64,000 nucleotides of DNA from an uncultured SAR86 cluster bacterium (GTDB taxonomy: Bacteria > Pseudomonadota > Gammaproteobacteria > Magnimaribacterales > D2472): contig CACELG010000004.1 of the NCBI GenBank assembly GCA_902560315.1, forward strand, positions 8,038 to 72,037, given 5' to 3'. The notes below the pieces were generated by a model that saw only the letters and a program-made list of their open reading frames with translations, ran no database searches and had not been told where the DNA came from. Every line of letters starts with the position of its first letter. Position 1 is the stretch's first letter. The translations under genes and the position numbers were made by a program. This document shows, piece after piece, positions 18,908-28,305 of the stretch.

Positions 18908-20266
18908 TTATTGAGTATCTAAATTATATCTTGATTTTTCAATTGCTGATGCATATCCAATTATTGCCTTATCAGTCCAGCGATCTCCAATAATTGAAAT
19001 TCCTACAGGAAACTTATTAATTTCAAAGTAAGGGATTGTTATGTGAGGCATCCCGTTATGTGCAGCATAACCCCCACTACCAAATTCAAGAGAGCTATCA
19101 ATAGCAATATAATCCCCTCCATCATAATTTATTTTCCAAGCAGGACCTCTGGTGAGACCAATAAAGGCATCTAAATCATATTTATGTATAAGATCTTTTG
19201 TAGACTTATAAGACTTACTTATTTTGTATTTAGACCAAAAATATTTTAAATAACTAGTGCTTTCGATGGAGTCATAAAAAATGTTTTGTCCAAAATATGG
19301 CATAACAATATCTTTATTAGCATTATTGAAATCAATTATGTCCGTAAGTTTTTTCATAGAAGAATTAGCATTTTTTAGATATTCTTCCAGTCCTACTCTG
19401 AACTCGAACAGAAGAACATAAGATTCAGCTTCTCCAGGATAATCCCTATCATCGTTTATCAAAATTACTTCACCACCTAAAGAATTAACAATTTCTTTTA
19501 ATTTTTTATGTAATTCAATAACTTGTGGATTTAAGTTTTTTGAGTCCAACAAGCCTAATCGAACACCTTTGAGAGAAATATTCTTTGTTGCATTAGAAAA
19601 ACTAAAATCAAAATTAGTTGGTATTAAAGAAGTAGCCGGATCATTTTCATCATATCCTGAAATAACTTCTAATGTTTTTGCAACAATATCAACATTTGCT
19701 CCCATTGGCCCAGCTGTATCCTGAGAAGAGGATATTGGAACAATACCAGATCTACTAACCAAACCTTTGGTTGGTTTCATGCCAACAATTCCATTTACAG
19801 ATGATGGACATGAAATTGATCCGTTTGTTTCAGTACCAATTGCAATATCTACAATCCCCATTGAAACAGCAACAGCAGATCCGGAACTTGAGCCACAAGG
19901 ATTATAAGCATCATCTATGAAATGCTTAGTTTGACCACCAACACTTGACCAGCCGCTAACTGAATCATCAGATCTAAAGTTTGCCCATTCAGATAAGTTT
20001 GCTTTCCCAAAAATATAATAATTTGCTCTTTTTAATTTATTTATTATGAAAGCATCAGTTGCTGCAATGTTATCTTTAAGTGCCAAGGATCCAGCAGATG
20101 TAACTTTGCCGCCAATATCGATATTATCTTTAATAACAATATTAATTAAGTTGGTATCATATGGACTGTGGTAAATCTCTATAAGAGAATTCTTTTCATC
20201 ATTAGATGCATTAACCAATATTGAAAAAAATAATAAAAATGTATATGAATTTAACTTTTTAAACAT
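18908..20266 (-). CDS. Secreted amidase-signature family enzyme
   Basis: IKDNI, GKANLSEWANF, CGSSSGSAVAV, GTETNGSISCPS, QDTAGPM; signal peptide. Confidence 0.9.
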   Translation of the reverse strand: MFKKLNSYTFLLFFSILVNASNDEKNSLIEIYHSPYDTNLINIVIKDNIDIGGKVTSAGSLALKDNIAATDAFIINKLKRANYYIFGKANLSEWANFRSDDSVSGWSSVGGQTKHFIDDAYNPCGSSSGSAVAVSMGIVDIAIGTETNGSISCPSSVNGIVGMKPTKGLVSRSGIVPISSSQDTAGPMGANVDIVAKTLEVISGYDENDPATSLIPTNFDFSFSNATKNISLKGVRLGLLDSKNLNPQVIELHKKLKEIVNSLGGEVILINDDRDYPGEAESYVLLFEFRVGLEEYLKNANSSMKKLTDIIDFNNANKDIVMPYFGQNIFYDSIESTSYLKYFWSKYKISKSYKSTKDLIHKYDLDAFIGLTRGPAWKINYDGGDYIAIDSSLEFGSGGYAAHNGMPHITIPYFEINKFPVGISIIGDRWTDKAIIGYASAIEKSRYNLDTQ

Positions 20267-20280
20267 CTCTTATGTAAAAA

Positions 20281-21366
20281 TTATTCTAGAGCTTCTTTTA
20301 CTCCAGGATGAACAATTCTTCCATCGAGAATATTTAGACCATTTCTCAAATGTTCATCAGAATCAAGAGCATTTTGAATACCATTATTTGCAAGATTTTC
20401 AACGTATGAAAGCGTGACTTTATTAAGAGCTTCAGTTGCTGTTAATGGAACAGCACCAGGCATGTTTGTTACACAGTAATGAACAATATCATTTTCTAAG
20501 AATGTTGGATTATCATGAGTAGTTGGCTTACTTGTTTCAAAACACCCACCTTGATCTATCGATACATCAACCATTACAGTCCCTGGATTCATGGAAGACA
20601 ACATTTCTCGTTTAACAACTTTAGGAGCTTCTTTTCCTACAACGTAAACACTACCAATTACTAAATCAGAGTCATTGATTGATGACTGAATTGATTCTTG
20701 AGTAGAGAGTACATACTCAATATTATTAGAGCCATATTTTGATTGAAGTTCATCGAGTTTTGATTGAGATGAATCAACAACCTTTACCATTGCATTGTTA
20801 TCTATCGCTTTGAGAATAGATTGAGTCCCTGAAACACCAGCACCAATGACCGTAACAACTCTTGGATCTATATCTTCCATTTTTCCTATCATTACCCCCT
20901 TTCCTTTATTGTGTTTAAGTAAATGATATGAACCAACAATAAAAGCAAGTTGGCCTGCAATAGTGCTCATCGGAGCAAGTAAAGGCATTGAACCATCTGA
21001 TGATGTTACTGTTTCGTATGCAATACCTGTAACTCCAGTATCAATTAATTTTTTTGCATTTTCAGGATCTCCAGCCAAATGAAGATAAGTAAAAAGAGTT
21101 AAATCATTCCTTAAAAATTTATACTCATCTGGTATCGGTTCTTTAACTTTTACAATCATTTCAGATGATTTATAAACATCTTCGGCGGAATCTATTAATT
21201 TTGCACCAGCAGATATATATTGATCATTCAAGAATCCAATATTTGCTCCAGCATTTTTTTGAATTAAAACATCATGGCCTAAGCTGACAAGTGATTGAAC
21301 AGAATTAGGTGTAAGACCTACTCGATTCTCGTTATTTTTAACCTCAGAGGGAACTCCAATAATCAT
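20281..21366 (-). CDS. ald: Alanine dehydrogenase
   Basis: IGVPSEVKNNENRVGLTP, VKVKEP, FTYLHLA, LLAPMS, DVSIDQGGCFETS, HYCVTNMPGAVP. Confidence 0.96.
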   Translation of the reverse strand: MIIGVPSEVKNNENRVGLTPNSVQSLVSLGHDVLIQKNAGANIGFLNDQYISAGAKLIDSAEDVYKSSEMIVKVKEPIPDEYKFLRNDLTLFTYLHLAGDPENAKKLIDTGVTGIAYETVTSSDGSMPLLAPMSTIAGQLAFIVGSYHLLKHNKGKGVMIGKMEDIDPRVVTVIGAGVSGTQSILKAIDNNAMVKVVDSSQSKLDELQSKYGSNNIEYVLSTQESIQSSINDSDLVIGSVYVVGKEAPKVVKREMLSSMNPGTVMVDVSIDQGGCFETSKPTTHDNPTFLENDIVHYCVTNMPGAVPLTATEALNKVTLSYVENLANNGIQNALDSDEHLRNGLNILDGRIVHPGVKEALE

Positions 21367-21387
21367 AATAAGTAAAATGTACCATAA

Positions 21388-21420
21388 AAAAAAGAAGCTG
21401 CATAAAGCAGCTTCATTTTT
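21388..21420. terminator. Intrinsic terminator downstream of 21431-22315
   Basis: A run, GAAGCTGC-ATAAA-GCAGCTTC, T run. Confidence 0.7.
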
Positions 21421-21430
21421 TTAAGAAAAA

Positions 21431-22315
21431 TTAATCTCTAGATGTAAAATCAGGCATAAATTCTTTATTGTCGCCTACGTAGAATGTCCAACCATGATAA
21501 ACATCTGGAACTTCTGAGCAGGTTGCAAATTCACTAAATAAAGGAAACATTTCGTCTCTGACATCATTTTCAAATGATTCAGTTGCTTTATCCATTGCAT
21601 CTTTACCCTTTGTAAAATTACCCCAAAGAAAATCAACATCAGCATCTACATGAGAGCCATCTTCATTTTTATATGCAAAATAATTAGCAAATGAATAACC
21701 AGTTCCATTATAGTCAGAATTACTTACTGCATTAGTAAAACCAGGTAAAAATGCTTCAGCATCAGTTCTACCAGACTCATCAATATAATTACATTGATAG
21801 AATTCAGCATAAAAATATCCACTTTCATTAACATCGCCATATGTATTGGGTAAAATTGGATATACGCCGTCAAAAGAGTTTCTTCCTTCTCCATCACAAA
21901 CCATTACATTAGAATATTGTTCAGCCCATGCTTGCGCATCTTTATTTTGAACCCAGGCATTCCACTCAGCATCTGCTTCTTCTTTTGAGTTCCAATTTAA
22001 TTCCCACCATAATGTATCTCCAAATGCATTTGTGTCAGCTGCAGGAACGTATCCCCAAACACCAAATAATGACTCTGCAGTAATTAATTTCTGCCAATCT
22101 GATATCATCTTAGTTGCATTTTCAGCATTAAAATCTGCTCCAGCTTCACAAGCCATAAATTCTGCAAAAGCTTTACCACCTGTGCTTTCTAGTGCATCTA
22201 CAAATTCTGAATAGCTATTATCTTCTGCTGTAGGTTCAACAGCCATCTCATTTGAACAACTCGCAATGAAAAAAGCACCCAGTACACCAGTTATTATTAA
22301 TTTATTTTTAAACAT
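21431..22315 (-). CDS. Hypothetical lipoprotein with two tandem NIPSNAP/ABM-like domains
   Basis: Lipobox FIASC; repeats AEFMAC...LWW...VMVCD and AEFYQC...DFLW...FATCS. Confidence 0.6.
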   Translation of the reverse strand: MFKNKLIITGVLGAFFIASCSNEMAVEPTAEDNSYSEFVDALESTGGKAFAEFMACEAGADFNAENATKMISDWQKLITAESLFGVWGYVPAADTNAFGDTLWWELNWNSKEEADAEWNAWVQNKDAQAWAEQYSNVMVCDGEGRNSFDGVYPILPNTYGDVNESGYFYAEFYQCNYIDESGRTDAEAFLPGFTNAVSNSDYNGTGYSFANYFAYKNEDGSHVDADVDFLWGNFTKGKDAMDKATESFENDVRDEMFPLFSEFATCSEVPDVYHGWTFYVGDNKEFMPDFTSRD

Positions 22316-22345
22316 ATTTTTCTCCTCTAAATATATGTGTTTTAT

Positions 22346-22711
22346 TTATGATTCAACATGGAATAATTTTGTGTATATTCTCCAGGTATCTTCTTTTTTT
22401 AAAAAAGAGAATGAATCTATAAAAGTCATTCCCAAGTATGCCTCTCTTATTTGAACAATTGCAGTGTCTCCAACTATTTCACATGAAATTATCTCTAGAA
22501 ATTCCTCATCTCCTTTCTCTTTTGGCGAAGGTTGTTGAGCATCAACAAAGCCAGCAAAATCGTCAAGATTCATTTCATGCAGCCCATCAGGCAAGTAACC
22601 AGAGATCATTGCGTTTTCATCAAAAGCTTCTTTAATTTTTTCAGAGTTTGACTCACAACATCCTGCATAATAAAGATCTATGCATTGTTCTATTTGCTCT
22701 TGGTTTGTCAT
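22346..22711 (-). CDS. NTF2-like (lumazine-binding/SnoaL-like) protein
   Basis: IEQCIDLYYAG......IKEAF...A.ISGY...IVGDTA.V.I....GMTFIDSFSFLK....W.I..KLF. Confidence 0.8.
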   Translation of the reverse strand: MTNQEQIEQCIDLYYAGCCESNSEKIKEAFDENAMISGYLPDGLHEMNLDDFAGFVDAQQPSPKEKGDEEFLEIISCEIVGDTAIVQIREAYLGMTFIDSFSFLKKEDTWRIYTKLFHVES

Positions 22712-23019
22712 TAAATATCTTTAGGTACTCCAAGCCTCTTTACACTTTGGACAACTCCGTCCCATCCTCCAACAAGTAATGGATCTAAAATGTCTGCAAT
22801 ACCAGTATCTATTCTCCATTGAAGATAGGTTTCATAATTTTCTAATGTTTTCCAATCCTCAATAAGAGTGAAGGTATTTGTCTTCTCCTCAAAATAAACA
22901 TCAATTCCATTACACCCTTCAAAGGCTCTTGTATCTACCAAAGCTTCTTTGAAAACATTTGCCATGTCTTCAGCCATGCCTTCATTCGCTTTGAAGTCTG
23001 CTATAACTAAGTATTCCAT
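22711..23019 (-). CDS. Antibiotic-biosynthesis-monooxygenase (ABM)/quinol monooxygenase-like protein
   Basis: DTRAFEGC......F.LIEDW....YETYLQWR pattern; ferredoxin-like periodicity. Confidence 0.78.
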   Translation of the reverse strand: MEYLVIADFKANEGMAEDMANVFKEALVDTRAFEGCNGIDVYFEEKTNTFTLIEDWKTLENYETYLQWRIDTGIADILDPLLVGGWDGVVQSVKRLGVPKDI

Positions 23020-23133
23020 TTATATCTCCTTATATTCATAAATCTCTTAAGTTTGTATAAGATACTACTATATTGAACATATATCGATATATTTATGTTT
23101 AAAATATATCAATATTTTTATACAACTTTAAAA

Positions 23134-23529
23134 ATGAATACAGCTAAAGATCTTATCCAAAAATGGCATGAAGTGTTAAAAAATGACGATCAGGGTTTAT
23201 TGAAAAATCTTATTGCAGATGATGCTTTATTTTCATCACCGGTAGTTTTTACACCCATGGAGGGAAAAGAGATAACCATGATGTATTTATCCGCTGCTGG
23301 TCAATCATTCAATATGGAGAAGTTTCAATATACGAAAGAGATTCATGATGGCATGAATTCTGTTCTTGAATTTGAAACCTATATCGATGACATATCAGTC
23401 AACGGAGTTGATATTATCGAGTGGAATGAAGAAGGAAAGATTGTAAACTTTAAAGTTATGATCAGGCCGTTTAAAGCAGTACAAAAAGTACAACAAAAAA
23501 TGGTAGAAGCGTTAGAAAGTTTGGGTTAG
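23134..23529 (+). CDS. SnoaL-like/NTF2 family protein
   Basis: LLKNLIADDA.FSSPVVFTPMEGK...VLEFE......VNGVDII.WN..GKI..FKVMIRP; start moved to ATG 23134. Confidence 0.82.
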   Translation: MNTAKDLIQKWHEVLKNDDQGLLKNLIADDALFSSPVVFTPMEGKEITMMYLSAAGQSFNMEKFQYTKEIHDGMNSVLEFETYIDDISVNGVDIIEWNEEGKIVNFKVMIRPFKAVQKVQQKMVEALESLG

Positions 23530-23771
23530 CTCTTATCCCTAGGTCTTGATTCATTTACAACTAAACTTCTTCCATCAACCTCAGTTTCGTTTAATGCTTC
23601 AATAGCAGCTTCGCCACCATCACTCATTTCAACAAAACCAAAACCTCTAGAACGTCCAGTTGCTCGGTCTGTGATAATTTTTGCAGAAGTCACAGTACCG
23701 TGTTCAGCAAAAACATTTTCTAAATCTTGGTCTGTTAATCCCCAAGATATGTTACCTACGTATATATTCAT
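23526..23771 (-). CDS. Single RRM (RNA recognition motif) RNA-binding protein
   Basis: RNP2 IYVGNI, RNP1 RGFGFVEM, AIEALN, GRSLVVNESRPR. Confidence 0.93.
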   Translation of the reverse strand: MNIYVGNISWGLTDQDLENVFAEHGTVTSAKIITDRATGRSRGFGFVEMSDGGEAAIEALNETEVDGRSLVVNESRPRDKS

Positions 23772-23868
23772 TAAATATCCTTATTAAAAAATGCATCTTA
23801 CATTAAATATGCTAATAATAGTTAAAAACTTTTAATTTAATTTATTTTCTTTTAATCTTATTAAATAT

Positions 23869-24156
23869 ATGGAAATTAACTGGAAAGTAGTTGGCTGGAT
23901 TATTGATATGATCTTAAATGGAATTATTTGGCTTATCATTGCAGCATTTTTACTTCCGTTGATTGAAGTTACAGATCAATGGACAAGAAAAGCTGTTAAA
24001 TTTATGGGTAAAGCTGACGATTGGATAAGAAAATTCGCAGATAACTCATTTGAATGGATTCAAAGGAAGAATCTGAAAATTTTATTTGCTTTCTTATTTG
24101 TGATTCTTTTTGGAATTCTTGCTCAGCTAGAAATAATTCCCAAGTTGATTACATGA
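23869..24156 (+). CDS. Small hypothetical membrane protein
   Basis: 95 aa with two hydrophobic segments; fills the gap between flanking genes. Confidence 0.55.
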   Translation: MEINWKVVGWIIDMILNGIIWLIIAAFLLPLIEVTDQWTRKAVKFMGKADDWIRKFADNSFEWIQRKNLKILFAFLFVILFGILAQLEIIPKLIT

Positions 24157-24159
24157 AAA

Positions 24160-25191
24160 TTAAATCTCATCGGAAAATATATTATTACCATTAATATCAT
24201 TTAATGATATCTCAACTTTTTCTGATTCAGTATTTATTTTAATCAAACCAAAATTCTCAAAATTATATATTTCTGTTATTAAAAGCTTATCCTTTTCTAC
24301 AAGTAACTCTCTTGTTGTCTTTGGTATAAAGTTAATAATGAATTCTGGAATATATTTAAGGAAATTGCTAATTCTTGCAGCCTTTACTGGTTTGTTAAGT
24401 GAAGAGGATGTCAATTCAACTAATGAATCTTTTTTATATAAGCCTCCTTTATGCCTATCCCCAGAGATTATTAAACTCTTGGTTTCAACAGAATTTAAAG
24501 TTTTAATGATCTTTGATCTTTCATGAGGAAAAAGATTCCATCTTTCAAAAACATGTTCAGTTGGTAGGACTTGAATTGAAGACAATACCAATATTAGATC
24601 TGATTCTTCTTCTATAACTTCTTCAAACCATTTCCATTGAACATTTCCTAAAATGGTTGTATCAGGATTATCTGTTGGGGTATATGGGAATTTATCAGAA
24701 GTTAATTTAGACCTAAAAAATCTTGTATCAAGAACTATAAGATTTATCTTAAAGCCCTCAATGTCTAATATTTCATTAAAATAAAGGCCATCTCTTGAAC
24801 GTCTAATATCATCTTTTGGAATGTCCCAAAAATTTAAAAATAACTTTTGTGCTTCTCTTTTATTTTTGAAGTCTGCACCACCGTCATTTATTCCGTAGTC
24901 ATGATCATCCCAAATGCTGATAACTTTTTTTTCTTTCAGCCATTTTGGAAATTTAGATGCTTGGACTAAGTAACTTTGTTTTAGCTTTTTTAGATCTCCA
25001 CTTGGAACATCTCCGTATACATTATCTCCAAGAAACATAAATGCATCGACATCTTTACTTTCAATAGATTTCCAAATAGGTTGAGGAAACTCTTGATCAA
25101 TACATGAACCAAATCCAATTAAATATTCTTTTGAATAAGTTAGGTTTGAAGTAAATATAGATAGAACAAAAATAAATATTTTAAGCTTCAT
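24160..25191 (-). CDS. phoD: PhoD-like alkaline phosphatase/phosphodiesterase
   Basis: FGSC, FLGDNVYGD, WDDHDYG, LDTRFFR, LGNVQWKW, ISGDRH; start moved to ATG 25191 (MKLKIF, signal peptide). Confidence 0.85.
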   Translation of the reverse strand: MKLKIFIFVLSIFTSNLTYSKEYLIGFGSCIDQEFPQPIWKSIESKDVDAFMFLGDNVYGDVPSGDLKKLKQSYLVQASKFPKWLKEKKVISIWDDHDYGINDGGADFKNKREAQKLFLNFWDIPKDDIRRSRDGLYFNEILDIEGFKINLIVLDTRFFRSKLTSDKFPYTPTDNPDTTILGNVQWKWFEEVIEEESDLILVLSSIQVLPTEHVFERWNLFPHERSKIIKTLNSVETKSLIISGDRHKGGLYKKDSLVELTSSSLNKPVKAARISNFLKYIPEFIINFIPKTTRELLVEKDKLLITEIYNFENFGLIKINTESEKVEISLNDINGNNIFSDEI

Positions 25192-25246
25192 ACGTCTATT
25201 ATATCTTTTTCTTAATGGGGATAAAAAAGCCCAACTCAGAAAAAAA

Positions 25247-25669
25247 TTATTTCCAAGTCCCGTATTCACTTCTTCCTTTTTTTCTAAGTCCGTAAGGACC
25301 AGCAAAATAAATTGTAATTGGCTTAATGCCTGGTTCTAAGTCAACTCGGTGTAAATTATCAGCACTTCTAAAACCTATATAGAATTTTCCACGCCATTTT
25401 CTTTCTTTTTTAATGTTTGTCTCCCAGTAACCACCACTTAAAATAACTGTAATATATGGAAAGGGATGATTATGCAGTCCAATGCCATGGTCATTATCTA
25501 TAATATGATTAATAAATATATTGAAAGGAAACCATTTTGGTCTTTTTCTAAATAGTAAATAATACCTGTCAGTCCATGGTTTAGCTAAGTGATATTCTGG
25601 GTGTGAAAGACCTCTGTCCATCACAACTCTTTTACGTCCTAATTTCTCCATTATCTTAAGAAAAAACAT
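25247..25669 (-). CDS. Cupin-fold protein resembling a family common in marine phages
   Basis: LGRKRVVMDR...DRYYL...FPFNIF.NH.......LHNHPFPY.TVILSGGYWE...HRV; start moved to ATG 25669. Confidence 0.65.
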   Translation of the reverse strand: MFFLKIMEKLGRKRVVMDRGLSHPEYHLAKPWTDRYYLLFRKRPKWFPFNIFINHIIDNDHGIGLHNHPFPYITVILSGGYWETNIKKERKWRGKFYIGFRSADNLHRVDLEPGIKPITIYFAGPYGLRKKGRSEYGTWK

Positions 25670-25686
25670 ATTAATTATAATGCCAT

Positions 25687-25712
25687 AAAAAAAGCCCACT
25701 AGTGTGGGCTTT
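25687..25712 (-). terminator. Terminator downstream of tRNA-Glu
   Basis: AAAGCCCAC-N4-GTGGGCTTT with a T run on the minus strand. Confidence 0.8.
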
Positions 25713-25721
25713 ATTGTAAAT

Positions 25722-25797
<76 letters not shown>

Positions 25798-25809
25798 AGG
25801 ATGGGATGT

Positions 25810-25837
25810 ATTATATGGAATCATAAAAGATTATCAA
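25810..25837 (-). promoter_or_regulatory. Sigma70 promoter of tRNA-Glu
   Basis: Minus strand TTGATA-N16-TATAAT. Confidence 0.75.
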
Positions 25838-25844
25838 AGCATAT

Positions 25845-26570
25845 TTATTTTAATTTTTTCTTAATTCCCGATAAAAAACCTCTCATAAAACTTGCCTCCA
25901 TTTCATCAGGCTGGAGTCTTGTAAACATTCTTTTAATCCTAGAAATAATCTTCTTTGGGTTGTCAGGATCTATTACATCAATATCAATTGCTGTCTCTAT
26001 AAAATGATCTATTAACATCTGTAGTTGCTTTGAATTAACCTCAGGATAGTCTCTCCATTCCTTATTTTGATTTATTGATGATGCCTTATGAATCTCATAA
26101 GAAATAATCTGAGCAGACATAGCTAAATTAAGAACTGGGTATTCGGGATTTGCAGGTATTTCTATTAATTTATTTGTTAACTCAAGCTCATCATTCGTAA
26201 GCCCCCTATCCTCTTTTCCAAAAATAATTGAAACTTCTTTCTTTGAGCCTACTTCTTCGCAAATATCTTTTGCTGCAGTTTCTGCATCCATCAATGGCCA
26301 TTGAATAGACCTATCCCTTGAAGAAGTTGCATAAACAAAGGTGCTATCCATTATTGCATCTTTTATTGAAGTAAAAATCTTTGCGTTTTCAAGAACATCT
26401 GTGGCATTTCCAGCAAGCGCATTGGATTCTCCAGAAGGAAAAACCCTCGGATTAACTAAAGATAATCTTTTTAAACCCATTGTTTTCATAGCTCTTGCAA
26501 CAGAGCCTATGTTTCCAGGATGAATGGTATCTACTAAAACTATATTTATTAAATTAGTTTGCAAACTCAT
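25845..26570 (-). CDS. trmJ: tRNA/rRNA 2'-O-methyltransferase TrmJ (SPOUT)
   Basis: IVLVDTIHPGNIGSVARAMKTMG, IFGKEDRGLTNDEL, IPANPEYPVLNLAMS; divergent from suhB as in other Gammaproteobacteria. Confidence 0.92.
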   Translation of the reverse strand: MSLQTNLINIVLVDTIHPGNIGSVARAMKTMGLKRLSLVNPRVFPSGESNALAGNATDVLENAKIFTSIKDAIMDSTFVYATSSRDRSIQWPLMDAETAAKDICEEVGSKKEVSIIFGKEDRGLTNDELELTNKLIEIPANPEYPVLNLAMSAQIISYEIHKASSINQNKEWRDYPEVNSKQLQMLIDHFIETAIDIDVIDPDNPKKIISRIKRMFTRLQPDEMEASFMRGFLSGIKKKLK

Positions 26571-26605
26571 ATAACTATTATCCTCATTTCTATTACAATA
26601 GCGAC

Positions 26606-27394
26606 ATGTCAAAACAAGCTTTGTTGAATGTAAACCAGTTGGCTGCTCGAAAAGGTGCGGCTGAGTTAGAATTTGCTGTAAAAAAAGTTCATAGCCTTGA
26701 GGCTTCTAAAGGCGGTCCTGAAGGCTATCTGAAAGCAATCGAAAGAAGGGTTGAAGATCTAGTATTTGAAGAAATCCAAAAATTTCATCAAGAAGATAAT
26801 TTCTTAAGTAGTCAGCAAGGTCATGTTATTAATAATTCAAACTTAACATGGGTATTAAAGCCTATTGATGGCAAGGAAAACTTTCTAAATGGTTATCCTC
26901 ACTTTTCAATCTCTTTGTGTTCGGTGATCGATAATGTTGTTACATCAGCAGTGATAATTGATCCAATTAGAAGGGAAGAGTTTTCAGCATACTCTGGTGG
27001 TGGTGCAAATTTAAATAATAATAAGATTAGATCTAGTAAACAAAATAATTTAGAAGAATCTATTCTATCTTTTTCAAAATCAAATAAAGTTGAAGAATAT
27101 GATTTTGAAAAATCATATAAAGAGTTATCCAATCAAAAGCTTAATATGCGAGAAAGTGGATGTTTATCTCTAGATCTTTCATATGTTGGAGCTGGAAGAT
27201 TAGATGGCACTTGGGCTTACGATAAAAACTTAATGGATATTGCTGCTGGAGCTTTAATTGCTCAAGAAGGCGGAGCATTGGTAAGTAATTTCAATGGTGA
27301 TCCAAAATTCCTAGAAGGAAATAATATAATTGCATCGGCATCAAAGATATATAAATCAATTTTAAAATCTGTAAAACCGTATTTTAAAGCTTAA
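26606..27394 (+). CDS. suhB: Inositol monophosphatase family protein SuhB (divergent)
   Basis: WVLKPIDGKENFLNGYPHFSISL, RESGCLSLDLSYVGAGRLDG, DIAAGALIAQEGG; synteny with trmJ and secF. Confidence 0.85.
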   Translation: MSKQALLNVNQLAARKGAAELEFAVKKVHSLEASKGGPEGYLKAIERRVEDLVFEEIQKFHQEDNFLSSQQGHVINNSNLTWVLKPIDGKENFLNGYPHFSISLCSVIDNVVTSAVIIDPIRREEFSAYSGGGANLNNNKIRSSKQNNLEESILSFSKSNKVEEYDFEKSYKELSNQKLNMRESGCLSLDLSYVGAGRLDGTWAYDKNLMDIAAGALIAQEGGALVSNFNGDPKFLEGNNIIASASKIYKSILKSVKPYFKA

Positions 27395-28305
27395 GGCATT
27401 CCATCAAAATCCGCCCCTTCTGGTTCTGGTAAGGCAAGATCGTCTTGAGTTAATGTTAAAGACATCAACATATTTGCAACTACGTATATTGAAGAATAGG
27501 TTCCTATTAAAACTCCAATTATCAAGGCTAAACTAAACCCTTTGATTAGCTCTCCACCAAAAATAAATAATGCGAATAGAACTAGTAACGTTGTAAATGA
27601 TGTAACCAAAGTTCTGCCTAGAGTTTGATTTAAAGACAAATCAATCAAATCTATTGGTTCAAGAACTCTCTCAGTTCTAAAATTTTCTCTTATTCTGTCT
27701 GATACAACTATCGTGTCATTTAAGGAATAACCTATAACTGCCAGAAGTGCTGCTAAAACTGTTAAATCAAAATCCCAACCAAAAATAGAAAACAACCCAA
27801 GTATTATCACAACATCATGAGCTAAAGCAGTTACAGCTCCGAGAGCAAACTTATATTGAAACCTAAAAGCAACATACATAAGTATCATAAATAAAGCTAC
27901 AACCATACCCAGCCCACCTTGATCTCTTAGTTCATCTCCTACTTGAGGGCCAACAAATTCAACTCTCTTTAATTCAATTGTAGTTTCTTGATTGTTAAGA
28001 ATATTAAATATTTGTTCTCCAACCGAACTATTACCACTTTGATCAGCAACTTTAATAAGCACATCTAAGTTAGTACCAAAATTCACAACTTGTGAATCAG
28101 GATATCCATTTTCTTCTAAACTATTTCTAATTGATTCTAAAGAAACAGGAGATTCGTATGAAACTTCTATTAAAGTACCTCCACTAAAATCTAAACCCAA
28201 ACTTAGACCTCTTAAGCCTAAAGATAAAACAGAAATAATAAATAAAGATATTGAAATTAGACTAGCTATTTTCCTGTATTTCATGAATTTAAATCTAATA
28301 TTCAT
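27391..28305 (-). CDS. secF: Protein translocase subunit SecF
   Basis: GLDFSGGT, FVGPQVGDEL, IGYSLNDTIVVSDRIREN, GTYSSIYVA. Confidence 0.96.
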   Translation of the reverse strand: MNIRFKFMKYRKIASLISISLFIISVLSLGLRGLSLGLDFSGGTLIEVSYESPVSLESIRNSLEENGYPDSQVVNFGTNLDVLIKVADQSGNSSVGEQIFNILNNQETTIELKRVEFVGPQVGDELRDQGGLGMVVALFMILMYVAFRFQYKFALGAVTALAHDVVIILGLFSIFGWDFDLTVLAALLAVIGYSLNDTIVVSDRIRENFRTERVLEPIDLIDLSLNQTLGRTLVTSFTTLLVLFALFIFGGELIKGFSLALIIGVLIGTYSSIYVVANMLMSLTLTQDDLALPEPEGADFDGMP

